Origin: an uncultured Clostridia bacterium
GTDB taxonomy: Bacteria; Bacillota; Clostridia; TANB77; CAG-508
NCBI GenBank assembly: GCA_944390515.1
Contig: CALXQG010000003.1
Location: 1 to 39,745 of the forward strand
Length of the DNA: 39,745 nucleotides
Direction of reading: 5' to 3'
How positions within the stretch are numbered: position 1 is the first letter of the stretch; each line of letters opens with the position of its first letter. Below, piece after piece: positions 27,494-38,932 of the stretch. The notes beneath the pieces are model-generated. The model did not search any database. It saw only the letters and a list, made by a program, of their open reading frames with translations, and had not been told where the DNA came from. The translations under genes were made by a program, and so were the position numbers.

Positions 27494-29305
27494 TTATTTT
27501 CTTCTTGCTTCTCTTTCTCTAGTTTTGCTATCCAATATTTTCTTTCTTAAACGTATATTTTTTGGAGTTACTTCTACTAGTTCATCATCTTGTATGAATT
27601 CTATTGCCTTTTCAAGAGATAATTGTATAGGCGGTACTAATCTTAATGCATCATCTGAACCAGATGCTCTTGTGTTTGTTAGGTGTTTCTCTTTGCAAAC
27701 ATTTATAGCAATATCTTCATTTCTTGAATTTATACCAACTATCATACCTTCATACACTTCTACACCTGCTCCAATGAATAATTCTCCTCTTTCTTGAGCA
27801 TTGTATAATCCATATGTTACAGATGTTCCTTGCTCAAATGCAACTAAAACTCCTCTTGTTCTTGCTTGAATTTCTCCTTTATATGGCTCATAGCTATCAA
27901 ATATGCTATTCATTGTTCCTTCTCCCTTAGTGTCTGTAAGGAATTCTGTTCTATATCCAATTATTCCTCTTGCTGGTATTTTAAATTCAACCTTTGTATG
28001 TCCAGCTTCAGCTGGTTCCATATTTAGCATTTCTGCTTTACGTCTTCCTAATTTTTCTATAACATTTCCTATACAGTCGTCTGGAACATTTACTACAAGT
28101 CTTTCCATTGGTTCACATTTAACACCATCAATGTCTTTAAAAATTACTTTTGGACGAGAAACTAAAAGTTCAAATCCTTCTCTTCTCATGGTTTCTATTA
28201 ATACTGATAAATGTAATTCTCCACGTCCACATACTTCAAAACTATCAGCAGACTCTGTCTCTTTTACACGTAAACTAACATTTCTTTCAAGTTCTTTCAT
28301 TAGTCTATCACGAATATGTCTTGATGTTACAAATTTTCCTTCTTTACCTGCAAAAGGTCCATTATTAACACTAAATGTCATAGATACAGTTGGTTCATCT
28401 ATATCTACAAAAGGTATTTTTTCTGGATTATTAATATCACAAATAGTATCTCCAATATTAATATCTGATATTCCTGACAAACATACTATATCTCCGGCAG
28501 ATACTTGTTCAGTTTCAACTCTTTTTAATCCTTCGTATGTAAATAATTTTGCTATTTTTCCATTCTCATTCTTATCTTTTTTGCATACTGCAACACTCAT
28601 TCCAGAATTAATAGTTCCTCTTTCAACTCTTCCTACTGCAATTCTTCCTAGATAATCGTCATAATCTATATTAGATACAAGCATTTGCATTGTTCCTTCT
28701 GTATCACAATTTGGTGCTTCAATTTTGCTTATTATAGTATCAAATATGCAATTTACATTATCACTTTCATCCTCTAAATGCATTTTTGCAATTCCATTTT
28801 TTGCAGATGCATATATAACAGGGAAATCCAATTGTTCATCATTAGCATCTAATTCTATAAATAATTCTAAAACTTTATCTACTACTTTAAGTGGTTCAGC
28901 ACCTGGTCTATCTATTTTATTTATTATAACTATTGGTTTAAGATTTAATGCAAGAGATTTCTTTAAAACTTCTCTTGTTTGTGGCATTGGTCCTTCAAAG
29001 GCATCAACTAATAATAAAACTCCATCAACCATTTTTAATACACGCTCAACTTCTCCTCCAAAGTCGGCATGTCCTGGTGTATCAACTATATTTATTTTTG
29101 TTCCATTATACATTACCGATGTGTTCTTAGATAAAATTGTAATTCCTCTTTCTTTTTCTAGATCGTTTGAATCCATTATTCTTTCATCTACTTGCTCATT
29201 TGCTCTAAAGACATGGCTTTGTTTTAATAAAGCATCTACTAATGTTGTTTTACCATGATCAACGTGTGCAATAATTGCTACGTTTCTTATTTTTTCATTA
29301 TTCAT
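27494..29305 (-). CDS. typA: Translational GTPase TypA/BipA
   Basis: RNVAIIAHVDHGKTTLVD, ERGITILSK, DTPGHADFGGEVER, GRGELHL and EVTPKNIRLRK. Confidence 0.98.
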   Translation of the reverse strand: MNNEKIRNVAIIAHVDHGKTTLVDALLKQSHVFRANEQVDERIMDSNDLEKERGITILSKNTSVMYNGTKINIVDTPGHADFGGEVERVLKMVDGVLLLVDAFEGPMPQTREVLKKSLALNLKPIVIINKIDRPGAEPLKVVDKVLELFIELDANDEQLDFPVIYASAKNGIAKMHLEDESDNVNCIFDTIISKIEAPNCDTEGTMQMLVSNIDYDDYLGRIAVGRVERGTINSGMSVAVCKKDKNENGKIAKLFTYEGLKRVETEQVSAGDIVCLSGISDINIGDTICDINNPEKIPFVDIDEPTVSMTFSVNNGPFAGKEGKFVTSRHIRDRLMKELERNVSLRVKETESADSFEVCGRGELHLSVLIETMRREGFELLVSRPKVIFKDIDGVKCEPMERLVVNVPDDCIGNVIEKLGRRKAEMLNMEPAEAGHTKVEFKIPARGIIGYRTEFLTDTKGEGTMNSIFDSYEPYKGEIQARTRGVLVAFEQGTSVTYGLYNAQERGELFIGAGVEVYEGMIVGINSRNEDIAINVCKEKHLTNTRASGSDDALRLVPPIQLSLEKAIEFIQDDELVEVTPKNIRLRKKILDSKTREREARRK

Positions 29306-29434
29306 CGTTCTTTACATTCCTTTCCTACAGTACAAATTTGGTCAGTTTGTACATGCTTAATACTAAAATTTAATTTTTTAACTTTATCTTAATTTTTTCA
29401 TAACAAAAGTTTGCAGTCCATCATATATTATAGT

Positions 29435-30724
29435 CTAATCTTCCTTTTTTGTCAACATAACTATTTGGTTCATTATAGTTTCTGTTGCCTCATCCAACTG
29501 TTCTTTTGAATACTTACTAACATCTATTGGCTCTCCATAATTTACATATACTTTACTAAAAGGTTTGAATGTTCCATGTATTCCAACAGGAATAACTTTT
29601 ACATTTGACCTAATTGCCATAAATGCAGCTCCATTCTTAGCCTTCATATTCTTTTCCATTCCTTTTCTTGTTCCTTCTGGGAATATTCCTAAAAGTTCTC
29701 CATTTTTCAATACTTTTAGGCATCTTTTCATTGCATCAATATCCTGCATGTCTCTTTTTATAGGAATGGCATCAAATAAATGTCCTAACCAAAATAATAT
29801 TCTATGATAAAACAAATCTTCTTTTGCTACAAAATTTACTTTTCTTTTATTAAATAATACAATTGCCGCTGCATCAAGATAATTAATATGATTACTACAG
29901 ATAATATATGCTCCTTCACTTGGTACTTGTCCAGTTATTTTAACTCTAAAAGATATTTTATATAGACCAGCTAAAATTGTTTTTATTGCTTTTCTAACAA
30001 ATTTCTTCCAAGCATTTTCTTTACGAGGTTTATAAATCTTTTTTTGCAATTTTATATCTATCTTTTTCTTTTTTATAATTTCGCTTATTTCATTTACAAC
30101 TTCTCTAATGCTTATACTTGTAGTATCTATTACATCTGCATCTTTGGCTACTTTTAAAGCTCCTAATTCTTTTGATTTGTCATTTTCATCTCTTCTTTTT
30201 ATATTTTCTAAGACTTCAATGTAGGACATATTTATTCCCTTTTCTCTGTTTTGAGTAAATCTTCTTTTGGCTCTCTCTTCTAGATCTGCATCAAGATATA
30301 TTTTTACATCTGCAGTTGGAAATACATATGTACCTATGTCTCTTCCTTCCATAATGACATCTTTTCCCTCTGCCATCTTTCTTTGCAGACTAACCATTTT
30401 TAGTCTTACTTCTTTTATACTTGAAACCTGCGAAACAATTTCAGAAACCTCTTTACTTCTTATTTTTTCTGTAACATCTTCTCCATTTAAAAATACTAAT
30501 TGTTTTCCTTTTTCTATTTTAATATCTATTTGTATTGTTTCTAACAAATCTTTTATTTTATCTAATTCTTCTAATTTAATTCCTTTATTTAGCATTTCTA
30601 AAGTAACACATCTATATGTTGCACCTGTGTCTATATTTAATAAATTAAATTTTTTTGCTAAAATTTCAGTTACTGTTCCTTTTCCTGTCCCCGCTGGTCC
30701 ATCTATCGCTACTATAAATGACAT
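29435..30724 (-). CDS. cmk-plsC: Fusion of cytidylate kinase and 1-acyl-sn-glycerol-3-phosphate acyltransferase
   Basis: N-terminal AIDGPAGTGKGT, IDTGATYR, EGRDIGT; C-terminal SNHINYLD (NHxxxxD), FVAKEDL and FPEGTR. Confidence 0.93.
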   Translation of the reverse strand: MSFIVAIDGPAGTGKGTVTEILAKKFNLLNIDTGATYRCVTLEMLNKGIKLEELDKIKDLLETIQIDIKIEKGKQLVFLNGEDVTEKIRSKEVSEIVSQVSSIKEVRLKMVSLQRKMAEGKDVIMEGRDIGTYVFPTADVKIYLDADLEERAKRRFTQNREKGINMSYIEVLENIKRRDENDKSKELGALKVAKDADVIDTTSISIREVVNEISEIIKKKKIDIKLQKKIYKPRKENAWKKFVRKAIKTILAGLYKISFRVKITGQVPSEGAYIICSNHINYLDAAAIVLFNKRKVNFVAKEDLFYHRILFWLGHLFDAIPIKRDMQDIDAMKRCLKVLKNGELLGIFPEGTRKGMEKNMKAKNGAAFMAIRSNVKVIPVGIHGTFKPFSKVYVNYGEPIDVSKYSKEQLDEATETIMNQIVMLTKKED

Positions 30725-30779
30725 TTTTTCTATCCTCGCATAATAAATTTAGGTTTTTTGATGTAACCTATAAAACATT

Positions 30780-31625
30780 CTATTTATTCATATTGTCTGG
30801 CATATGAATTCCTTTTGCCATAACAGATACTTCTTGAACATTCATTGTAGTTAATCTTTCAATCTCTTTTTTTACTTTTTCTTTAAATTCTCTTAAAACA
30901 TTTACAATATTATATCCATATACAACATATACCTCTACATAAATATTTGTAGCTCCTACAGAGCTTTCTACTCTTACCTTAGAAATTCTATGTATTCCTT
31001 CATTCTTTTTAGCTAAATACTCCACAATTTGTCTAAATACTGTATCTGATATTGTAAATTTACCTAAATAACTAAATGTTGGTCTTATAATAGATTTTTC
31101 TGAAATATATGGCTTATCATCTTTTCTATACTTGAATATTTGTAAAGGATCCAATATATATCCCGCAAAATCCCTTTTTATTTCAAATGTTGGAACTGGA
31201 ATTACATGTTTTCCTTCTGTGGTTCTAATTCTTTTTGCGGTTTCCATTTCTAATTCAGTTGCTACTTGATTTATATATATAGTTTTTTCCGGTTTTGGCA
31301 ATTCTAAGTTTTCTGTTATCTTTTCTATCATTCCGTCAGAAGTACCTAAAATCAAAATTGAATCTGGTTTAATTCTCTTTATTGCTTCAATCATATTTTT
31401 TCTATCTTCATTGTCTATAAATATAGCCTTTTTCACTGTTTCAATCTTAGTTGGTGCTTTTTTTGCTGAATTTCCAGCAACCACATCATTATCATTAATC
31501 AAAAGCCCATCATCTATTATGTAATGTATATTATTTTCACTTGCTACCATTTGAGCTCTATAACTTTTCCCTGTCCCTGACGGTCCAACAAATGCATATA
31601 CTTTTATTTTTTTATCAAATAACAT
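30780..31625 (-). CDS. P-loop domain plus Asp23/Gls24 domain protein
   Basis: FVGPSGTGKSYRA, IIDDGLLI, EGKHVIPVPT; C-terminal Asp23-like EVYVVYGYNI...IERLTTMNVQEV. Confidence 0.8.
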   Translation of the reverse strand: MLFDKKIKVYAFVGPSGTGKSYRAQMVASENNIHYIIDDGLLINDNDVVAGNSAKKAPTKIETVKKAIFIDNEDRKNMIEAIKRIKPDSILILGTSDGMIEKITENLELPKPEKTIYINQVATELEMETAKRIRTTEGKHVIPVPTFEIKRDFAGYILDPLQIFKYRKDDKPYISEKSIIRPTFSYLGKFTISDTVFRQIVEYLAKKNEGIHRISKVRVESSVGATNIYVEVYVVYGYNIVNVLREFKEKVKKEIERLTTMNVQEVSVMAKGIHMPDNMNK

Positions 31626-31734
31626 TTATTTCACTCTCCACTTACTTATTATACCATTTTATGTGAAAGCTATCAAGACAATGCTTGAAAAAAGTACTAA
31701 TTAGCGTTGTAAGAAAACAATTTAAACATTTAAA

Positions 31735-31782
31735 AAGCATAAAGTATTATAGATATTAGATAAATATATATACTTTATGCTT
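31735..31782 (-). terminator. Long-loop hairpin after the HdeD-like gene
   Basis: AAGCATAAAGTAT-N22-ATACTTTATGCTT, followed by TTT on the minus strand. Confidence 0.6.
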
Positions 31783-31823
31783 AAAAAAAATTAATACAAT
31801 TTTCTTGTAAAACTAATATAATT

Positions 31824-32360
31824 TTAGAATATGTCTTCCATGTTTTTCATAAAGATAAAACCTTCTATTAAATCCATTATAGAATATATTAGAATTATAA
31901 CACCTAGAGTAACAATTAACGCTCCTGGATAAAATGTTACATATAATCCTCCTATTATCATTATAACTGCAAGTGTTAGTACAAATGCCCATACTTTGTC
32001 ATTTACATCTTTTAGCCTAAATGATAATCCAAATCTTGTAAATCCACTGTATATAATCCATACTCCTATCATAATCCTAAATATGCTCTCTATTGTACTA
32101 CTATAAATCATAGTAACTAAACCAATAATAATCGCAATTAATCCCCATGCAATATCATTTGTAAAAAGTGTTGAATTTCCTTTTGAAACAAAGTAGTTTA
32201 TTACTTTAATCATTCCTACTACTATAAAGAATATTCCTAGTACTGTTGATATGAATTGCATTGTTGTATCTGGATTATAAATCATAACTAAACCAATTAT
32301 TGCTAAAATTACTGATGTCAATATTGATGTCCATCCTGCTTTTTTCAAAAATTTTTCCAT
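31824..32360 (-). CDS. HdeD/DUF308 family membrane protein
   Basis: About six TM helices with repeated G-x-x-x-I-x-x-P and IG-x-W pattern. Confidence 0.75.
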   Translation of the reverse strand: MEKFLKKAGWTSILTSVILAIIGLVMIYNPDTTMQFISTVLGIFFIVVGMIKVINYFVSKGNSTLFTNDIAWGLIAIIIGLVTMIYSSTIESIFRIMIGVWIIYSGFTRFGLSFRLKDVNDKVWAFVLTLAVIMIIGGLYVTFYPGALIVTLGVIILIYSIMDLIEGFIFMKNMEDIF

Positions 32361-32402
32361 AATTAATCCTCCTTATATTACTATATTTTTTTATAAATGC
32401 AA

Positions 32403-32464
32403 AAAGAATTATTACAAAGAATTCCTAAGTATACTTTCCTTTAGATTCTTTATAATAATTCTTT
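32403..32464 (-). terminator. Hairpin after clpX
   Basis: 20-bp arms; the single mismatch is a G-U pair on the minus-strand RNA. Confidence 0.65.
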
Positions 32465-32477
32465 GTTCATTTCAAAT

Positions 32478-33788
32478 TTATGCTGTTGTAACATTCTTTT
32501 TAGTGCTAACTCTTTTTGTATTATTCTTTTTTGGCACTTCTTTATTATTGTTTATAATTATTTTGGGTGGTTCATTATTTTGAACAGTTTCCTTAGTTAC
32601 AATACATTTATCTATTTTTGGATTTGAAGGTATCTCAAACATTATGTCTCTCATAATTTCTTCTATAATTGAACGTAACCCTCTTGCTCCGGTTTTTCTC
32701 TCAATTGCTCTATCTACTATTAATCCTAATGCTTCGTCTTCAAATTCGAGCTCAACATTATCCATTGCAAATAATTTCTTATATTGTTTAACTAAAGCAT
32801 TTTTTGGCTTTGTAACTATTTCAATTAGTGCATTCCTATCTAGTTCTTCTAATGTTGCAATAATTGGTAAACGTCCTACAAATTCAGGAATCAAACCAAA
32901 TTTTAATAAATCTTGTGGTAATAATTGTTCAAAGACTTTGTATTTATCTATGTCTTTATTACTATCTATTACAGCTCCAAATCCAATTGATTTTTTGCCA
33001 ATTCTATCTTTAACTATTTTTTCTAAACCTTCAAATGCTCCACCGCATATAAATAATATATTTGATGTATCAACTTGTATAAATTCTTGGTGTGGATGCT
33101 TTCTTCCTCCTTGTGGTGGAACAGAAGCAATTGTACCTTCAACAATTTTTAATAATGCTTGTTGAACACCTTCTCCACTTACGTCTCTTGTAATAGATGG
33201 ATTCTCAGATTTTCTTGATATCTTATCGATTTCATCTATATATATAATTCCTTTTTCTGCTTTTTCTATATTGTAGTCTGCAGCTTGAACTAATTTAAGT
33301 AATATATTTTCAACATCCTCTCCAACATACCCTGCTTCAGTTAATGTTGTAGCATCTGCTATAGCAAAAGGAACTTTTAAAATTTTTGCAAGAGTTTGTG
33401 CTAAAAGTGTTTTTCCACAACCTGTAGGTCCTAGCAAAAGAACATTGCTTTTTTGTAATTCAACATCATCTTCTGTCTTTTCTTCTGCACTATTTATACG
33501 TTTATAGTGATTATATACTGCTACGGCTAATGTCTTTTTAGCCTCTTCTTGCCCTATAACATAGCTATCTAAAATTTCCTTTATTTCTGCTGGATTTGGT
33601 AATTCCTCTTTATCTGCTAATGTATAAGTTATTTCTGCATCCTCATATAAATCATCTTCTACAATATTAGCACAAACCTTTATACATTCATTACAAATAA
33701 ATACTCCTGGTCCCGCAATTATTCTATCTACTTCTTCCTGTGATTTACCACAAAAAGAACATCTAATATTTTTTTGCTTATTTGCCAT
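32478..33788 (-). CDS. clpX: ATP-dependent Clp protease ATP-binding subunit
   Basis: CSFCGK...ICNECI zinc finger, [21 protein letters not shown] and IGF loop; ATG 33788 after RBS AAGGA. Confidence 0.98.
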   Translation of the reverse strand: MANKQKNIRCSFCGKSQEEVDRIIAGPGVFICNECIKVCANIVEDDLYEDAEITYTLADKEELPNPAEIKEILDSYVIGQEEAKKTLAVAVYNHYKRINSAEEKTEDDVELQKSNVLLLGPTGCGKTLLAQTLAKILKVPFAIADATTLTEAGYVGEDVENILLKLVQAADYNIEKAEKGIIYIDEIDKISRKSENPSITRDVSGEGVQQALLKIVEGTIASVPPQGGRKHPHQEFIQVDTSNILFICGGAFEGLEKIVKDRIGKKSIGFGAVIDSNKDIDKYKVFEQLLPQDLLKFGLIPEFVGRLPIIATLEELDRNALIEIVTKPKNALVKQYKKLFAMDNVELEFEDEALGLIVDRAIERKTGARGLRSIIEEIMRDIMFEIPSNPKIDKCIVTKETVQNNEPPKIIINNNKEVPKKNNTKRVSTKKNVTTA

Positions 33789-33896
33789 TTTACTTTTCCT
33801 TTCATTTTTTCTCAAACTTTAAAATAAAGTAAATATATTATCTTCTTTTTAAGTATATTAAGATATATAACTTTTGAAGTATATTATCCTCAAAAT

Positions 33897-34499
33897 TTAT
33901 TTTCTTTTATCCATAATTCCATCAATAAGTCCATATTTTAGTGCTTCTTCTGCTGTCATATAGTTATCTCTTTCTGTATCTCTCATAATTACATCAAGGC
34001 TTTGACCTGTTCTATCACTTAATAATTTGTTTAGTTTTTCTCTTGTTTTTACCATATGGTCTGCATGTATTTTTATTTCTGTTGTTTGTCCAGAAAGTCC
34101 ACCACCTGCTATTAATGGTTGGTGTATTAGTATCTCTGCATTAGGTGTTGCAAATCTTTTTCCTTTTTCACCTGATGCTAAAAGAACTGCTCCCATGCTT
34201 GCTGCCATTCCTATACATATTGTAGAAACTGGACATTTAATATAGTTCATTGTATCAACAATACCCATTCCGTCTGTAATTGAGCCTCCAGGACTATTAA
34301 TATATAAATTTATTTCTCTATCTGGGTCTTCTGACTCTAAGAATAATAATTGTGCTATTACTAAACTTGCAGAAGTTTGATTTACATCTTCTCCTAAAAA
34401 TATAATTCTATCTTTTAATAATCTTGAGAAAATATCATATGATCTTTCTCCTTTTGCTGTTTGTTCTATAACATATGGAACTAAACTATTTCTTTCCAT
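33897..34499 (-). CDS. clpP: Clp protease proteolytic subunit
   Basis: [37 protein letters not shown] and ERDNYM. Confidence 0.98.
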   Translation of the reverse strand: MERNSLVPYVIEQTAKGERSYDIFSRLLKDRIIFLGEDVNQTSASLVIAQLLFLESEDPDREINLYINSPGGSITDGMGIVDTMNYIKCPVSTICIGMAASMGAVLLASGEKGKRFATPNAEILIHQPLIAGGGLSGQTTEIKIHADHMVKTREKLNKLLSDRTGQSLDVIMRDTERDNYMTAEEALKYGLIDGIMDKRK

Positions 34500-34546
34500 T
34501 ACAAATCCTCCTCTTTTAAATTGTTATTTTCTTAATTTACTTTCAT

Positions 34547-34575
34547 ATTATTTACCATATTTTAGTATTTGTCAA
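34547..34575 (-). promoter_or_regulatory. Sigma-A promoter of clpP
   Basis: TTGACA, 17 nt spacer, AATAAT. Confidence 0.55.
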
Positions 34576-34640
34576 CAGTTTTTCAAAAAAAGTTAGAGGG
34601 CACAATATTATTGTAAAATCTAGCTCCCCTAACTTTATCT

Positions 34641-35927
34641 TTATTTCTTCTTTTTAGCTTCTTTAACTATTAACTCTATGGCTTTTTCTCTTTTTAATGA
34701 ATCTACTATATATTCTTTTAATTGTTCATTTTCATTTAATTTATCTTCTCCCATTTTATATTGTTCTGCCATTTCTTTTATTTTCTCATTTAGCTCATCA
34801 GGAGTAACGTCTATTTTTTCTTCTTTAGCAATTGCCTCTAATACTAAGCTTACTCTAATATTTTTTTCAGCTTGTTCTTTGAAGTCTTTTCTCATATCTT
34901 CTTCTTTTCTTCCCATTATTTGAAGATATTGTGCTAAATTTATTCCTTGATATGATAATCTTGTTTCCATATCTTTTATCATGTTATCTATTTCTGTTTC
35001 TATCATACCATTTGGAATGTCAATTTTAGCATTTTCACAAACAGTTTTTATTGCTTCTTCTTCTGTCTCATTTTTTGCTTTTGTTTCATTTTCAACATCT
35101 AATTTCTCTTTTATACTATTCTTTAATTCCTCTAGTGTGTCAAATTCACTAACATCTTTAGCAAATTCATCATCCATTTTTGGTAATTCTTTTTTTCTTA
35201 TTTCGTGTAATTTAACTGCAAATACAGCATCTTTTCCTGCTAAATCTTTTGAAAAGTACTCTTCTGGAAATTTAACCTTTACATCTTTTTCTTCATCAAT
35301 TTTCATTCCAATTATTTGATCTTCAAATCCTGGAATAAAAGTATTGCTTCCTATTTCTAATTCATGATTCTTAGCTTTTCCACCTTCAAAGTGTACTCCA
35401 TCAATTGAACCATCAAAATCTATAACAGTTATATCTCCCTTTTCAACAGGTCTATCTTCTATAGTTACAAGTCTAGCATTTCTTTCTGCCATATGACCTA
35501 ACTCATGTTCGATATCTTTATCTGTTGTAGTATACTCTATTTTCTTAATTTCTATACCTTTATATTTTCCAAGTTCAACTTCTGGTTTTGTTTCAACTAT
35601 TGCAGTAAAGATTAATTCCTTACCCTTTTCCATTTGAATTATATCTATATTAGGTCTGCTAACTGCTTCTATTTTATTTTCTTTGATAGCTTCATCATAT
35701 ATTTCTGGAACTAATTCATTAAAAGCATCTTCATAGAATATAGCTGAACCATATTGTCTTTCAACTAATTGCATTGGTGCTTTTCCTCTTCTAAATCCAG
35801 GTATATTAAAATATTTTGCAGTTTTTGTATACACCTTTTTCATTGCTTGTTCAAATTTTTCTGCTTCAATGTTAAATGTTAATTTTACCTCATTTTTATT
35901 TTCTGTGTTTTCTACTTTTACGTTCAT
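34641..35927 (-). CDS. tig: Trigger factor
   Basis: IPGFRRGKAP ribosome-binding loop, FKBP domain (FIPGFEDQIIG), tig-clpP-clpX synteny. Confidence 0.97.
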   Translation of the reverse strand: MNVKVENTENKNEVKLTFNIEAEKFEQAMKKVYTKTAKYFNIPGFRRGKAPMQLVERQYGSAIFYEDAFNELVPEIYDEAIKENKIEAVSRPNIDIIQMEKGKELIFTAIVETKPEVELGKYKGIEIKKIEYTTTDKDIEHELGHMAERNARLVTIEDRPVEKGDITVIDFDGSIDGVHFEGGKAKNHELEIGSNTFIPGFEDQIIGMKIDEEKDVKVKFPEEYFSKDLAGKDAVFAVKLHEIRKKELPKMDDEFAKDVSEFDTLEELKNSIKEKLDVENETKAKNETEEEAIKTVCENAKIDIPNGMIETEIDNMIKDMETRLSYQGINLAQYLQIMGRKEEDMRKDFKEQAEKNIRVSLVLEAIAKEEKIDVTPDELNEKIKEMAEQYKMGEDKLNENEQLKEYIVDSLKREKAIELIVKEAKKKK

Positions 35928-36130
35928 ATTATTCATCCTTTCATGATTTTTTCTTATAAGCCTATATATTATATCACATATTTCGTGATTTGCAATAGTT
36001 TACATATTTTTTGCTTCATTTTTTACAAATTATTAGTAAAAATATTCATTTAATATAAAATAATTAATAATAATTATATTTTTATAAGTATTATTATCTT
36101 TATTTTAGTTTTTCTTATTATAACTTTCTC

Positions 36131-36835
36131 CTATATTTTGATTAATTTAAAATCTAAATAATCAGCGCTAATAAGTTTATAATCTATTCCATCTATTATT
36201 CCTTCTATTGCGTCTCTATGTGAATGTCCATGCAAATGTCCATAATAGCATTTGTGTATATTGTATTTCTTTAAGGTCTTAATAAATTCGGTTTGTTCTA
36301 AATTTATCACATTATTTTTATTAATTGGTGGATAATGCATAAATACAATTATTTCTTTATTTTCTCCGAATTTATTCATTCCATCCTTAATTGATAATTC
36401 TAATCTGGAATTTTCACGTTTTATCATTTTGTAGTCATTTTCTGTATCTAATATATTCCAACCTCTGGTTCCTACAATTATTTTGTCTTCTATACAATAA
36501 CTGTTATTATATAGAAAATTTATATTTTTAAATTTATTCTCTTCAATAAATTTATTCATTTTGCTAATGGTTGTCCACCAGTAGTCATGATTTCCTTTAA
36601 GAAGAATTTTGTTCCCTGGCAACTTATTTAAATATTCAAAATCCGATTTTGTTTCTTCTAAATACATTGCCCATGAAAAGTCTCCTGGTAAAATTACTGT
36701 ATCAGTTTCTTTTATTTGATTAATCCAATTTTGCTTTATTTTTTCAGCATGATTTTCCCAATTATCTCCAAATATGTCCATCGGCTTATTTTTGGAGAAA
36801 GATAAATGTAAATCAGCTATTGCATATATTGCCAT
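36131..36835 (-). CDS. Calcineurin-like metallophosphoesterase
   Basis: IADLH, PGDFSW, KGNHDYW, MHYPP and YGHLH. Confidence 0.9.
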   Translation of the reverse strand: MAIYAIADLHLSFSKNKPMDIFGDNWENHAEKIKQNWINQIKETDTVILPGDFSWAMYLEETKSDFEYLNKLPGNKILLKGNHDYWWTTISKMNKFIEENKFKNINFLYNNSYCIEDKIIVGTRGWNILDTENDYKMIKRENSRLELSIKDGMNKFGENKEIIVFMHYPPINKNNVINLEQTEFIKTLKKYNIHKCYYGHLHGHSHRDAIEGIIDGIDYKLISADYLDFKLIKI

Positions 36836-36946
36836 AGCATTCTCCTTTATGAAATTTTCTTAAATTATATTACTCTTATAGTTGTTTTTCAAGAAATAAG
36901 TCAAATTTGGTTTTATTTCCTTAATCTTGTTTTATTTATTTCTATT

Positions 36947-37936
36947 TTAGCTTATTTTTAGGTTTGGTATTGCATTTAAAGTCAAATCAGAAACATTTCC
37001 TGAAATATACCTGTAATATCCTGCTGATGCTATCATTGCTGCATTATCAGTACATAAAATAGGTTCTGGATAATATATTTTATATCCTTGTTTTTCTAAA
37101 TCAATAAATTTCTCTCTTATATATGAATTTGCTGATACTCCTCCTGCTAATGCAATAGTTTTTGTTTCTATTGTTTTGCTTGCTTTTATTGCATTTTGTA
37201 AAAGAATATCTGTCACATATTTCTCAAGGCTAGAACATAAATCCGATTTATTTATTTCTGGATTTTTATGATGTAAATTAATTATTGCAGTTTTCACACC
37301 ACTAAAGCTAAAATCTAAGCCTTCTATATGTGTTTTTGGAAGCTCTATTGTTGGTTTTCCATCTTTTGCTAGTTTATCCACTTTTGGTCCTCCTGGATAT
37401 CCCAATCCTATAACTCTAGCAACTTTATCAAAAGCTTCTCCTATTGCATCATCCCTTGTTTTTCCTAAAATTTCGAATTTTCCATAATCCTTTATATGTA
37501 CTAAATGTGTATGCCCTCCTGATATTATCAAGCATAAAAATGGTGGTTTTAAATCTTTATGTGATATGTAATTTGCTGCAATATGTCCTTCTAAATGATT
37601 TGTTCCAGTTAATGGCTTATTCAATGCATAACTTAATGCTTTTGCATATGATACACCTACCAATAACGCACCTACAAGTCCAGGTCCATATGTGCATGCA
37701 ATATTGTCTATATTATCAAATGAGATATTTGCTTCCTCTAAAGCTTGTTTTGTCACTTTAGAAATTGCTCCTACGTGATTTCTGGAAGCTATCTCTGGAA
37801 CAACACCACCAAACTTTTCATGTATTTTTATTTGCGAATTTATAACATTTGACAAAACTTCTCTTCCATTTTTTACTACAGCTACTGATGTTTCGTCACA
37901 ACTTGATTCAATTCCTAATGTAATTATATCTTTCAA
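36947..37936 (-). CDS. tsaD: tRNA t6A37 threonylcarbamoyltransferase
   Basis: [43 protein letters not shown] and CTDNAAMI. Confidence 0.97.
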   Translation of the reverse strand: MKDIITLGIESSCDETSVAVVKNGREVLSNVINSQIKIHEKFGGVVPEIASRNHVGAISKVTKQALEEANISFDNIDNIACTYGPGLVGALLVGVSYAKALSYALNKPLTGTNHLEGHIAANYISHKDLKPPFLCLIISGGHTHLVHIKDYGKFEILGKTRDDAIGEAFDKVARVIGLGYPGGPKVDKLAKDGKPTIELPKTHIEGLDFSFSGVKTAIINLHHKNPEINKSDLCSSLEKYVTDILLQNAIKASKTIETKTIALAGGVSANSYIREKFIDLEKQGYKIYYPEPILCTDNAAMIASAGYYRYISGNVSDLTLNAIPNLKIS

Positions 37937-37997
37937 TTTAACCTTTCTCCAATCTTTTATTTCTATTCTTCACCTAATTTATTTTTTATATAGCTAT

Positions 37998-38024
37998 AAA
38001 GCATTCCATTAACTAGAATGCTTT
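37998..38024 (-). terminator. Hairpin after the site-2 protease gene
   Basis: AAAGCATTC-N9-GAATGCTTT. Confidence 0.5.
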
Positions 38025-38034
38025 CATTTTCTAA

Positions 38035-38772
38035 CTATATAATTGTAAGTCCAAACATAGCTGCACATAAACTTGATAATCCACTATATGCAACTGTAAT
38101 TAATGGCGATACTATTAAACTTAAAATTCCTACTATCCATAATGCCACAAAAACAATTTCAAATATTTGACTATGTGTTTCCATCCAATTTCTAGCATTA
38201 TATGATAAGAATGCACTTAATATTTTTGAGCCATCTAATGGTGGAAGTGGTATTAAGTTAAATATTCCTAGTCCTAAATTTATTGTTACAATTGATGTTA
38301 GTATTAGATTAACTATTACTCCTGCTTCTGAATATAAAAAACTTGGTGCAAATTTATATATTGCACATGTTATTATTTCAAAAACAATTGCTAAAATAAA
38401 GTTCATTATTGGACCAGCTGCTGATACAATTGCTTCTGCTTTGTGTAATGATATATTTCTATTAAAATTTCTAGGGTTAATTTCCACAGGTTTTCCCCAA
38501 CCAAAACCAGCAAAAATAAGCATTATAGTTCCAAATAAATCCAAATGTGTAAATGGATTTAAATTAAGTCTTCCTTGTCTCCTAGGAGTATCATCACCTA
38601 GTTTATCAGCTGCAAAAGCATGAGCGAACTCATGAAAAGTTATTGCTATTAAAATTCCTGGTATTGAAAGAACAAAACTCAAAAGTGCTCCTTCTCTAGA
38701 AAATATACTCATAAAAGAGCTAAATAGCATTAATGCAATTATTAAAAATATAATTCTTTTATCTATATACAT
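38035..38772 (-). CDS. Site-2 protease (M50 family)
   Basis: HEFAH, LGDDTP, GWGKPV, AGPIMN and FNLIPLPPLDG. Confidence 0.93.
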   Translation of the reverse strand: MYIDKRIIFLIIALMLFSSFMSIFSREGALLSFVLSIPGILIAITFHEFAHAFAADKLGDDTPRRQGRLNLNPFTHLDLFGTIMLIFAGFGWGKPVEINPRNFNRNISLHKAEAIVSAAGPIMNFILAIVFEIITCAIYKFAPSFLYSEAGVIVNLILTSIVTINLGLGIFNLIPLPPLDGSKILSAFLSYNARNWMETHSQIFEIVFVALWIVGILSLIVSPLITVAYSGLSSLCAAMFGLTII

Positions 38773-38932
38773 ATACTAAATTCCTTTTCTAAAATAATTA
38801 ATTCAATGGTTTCATTGAGCATTATGTACATTTCTACAAAGTCGCTACTTTCTAGTATTTCAAGTTTTTCATTTTCTTAAAATACAGCTATTTTGTAGCT
38901 ATGCGAATGCATTTATTAAAACTCATTAAAAT

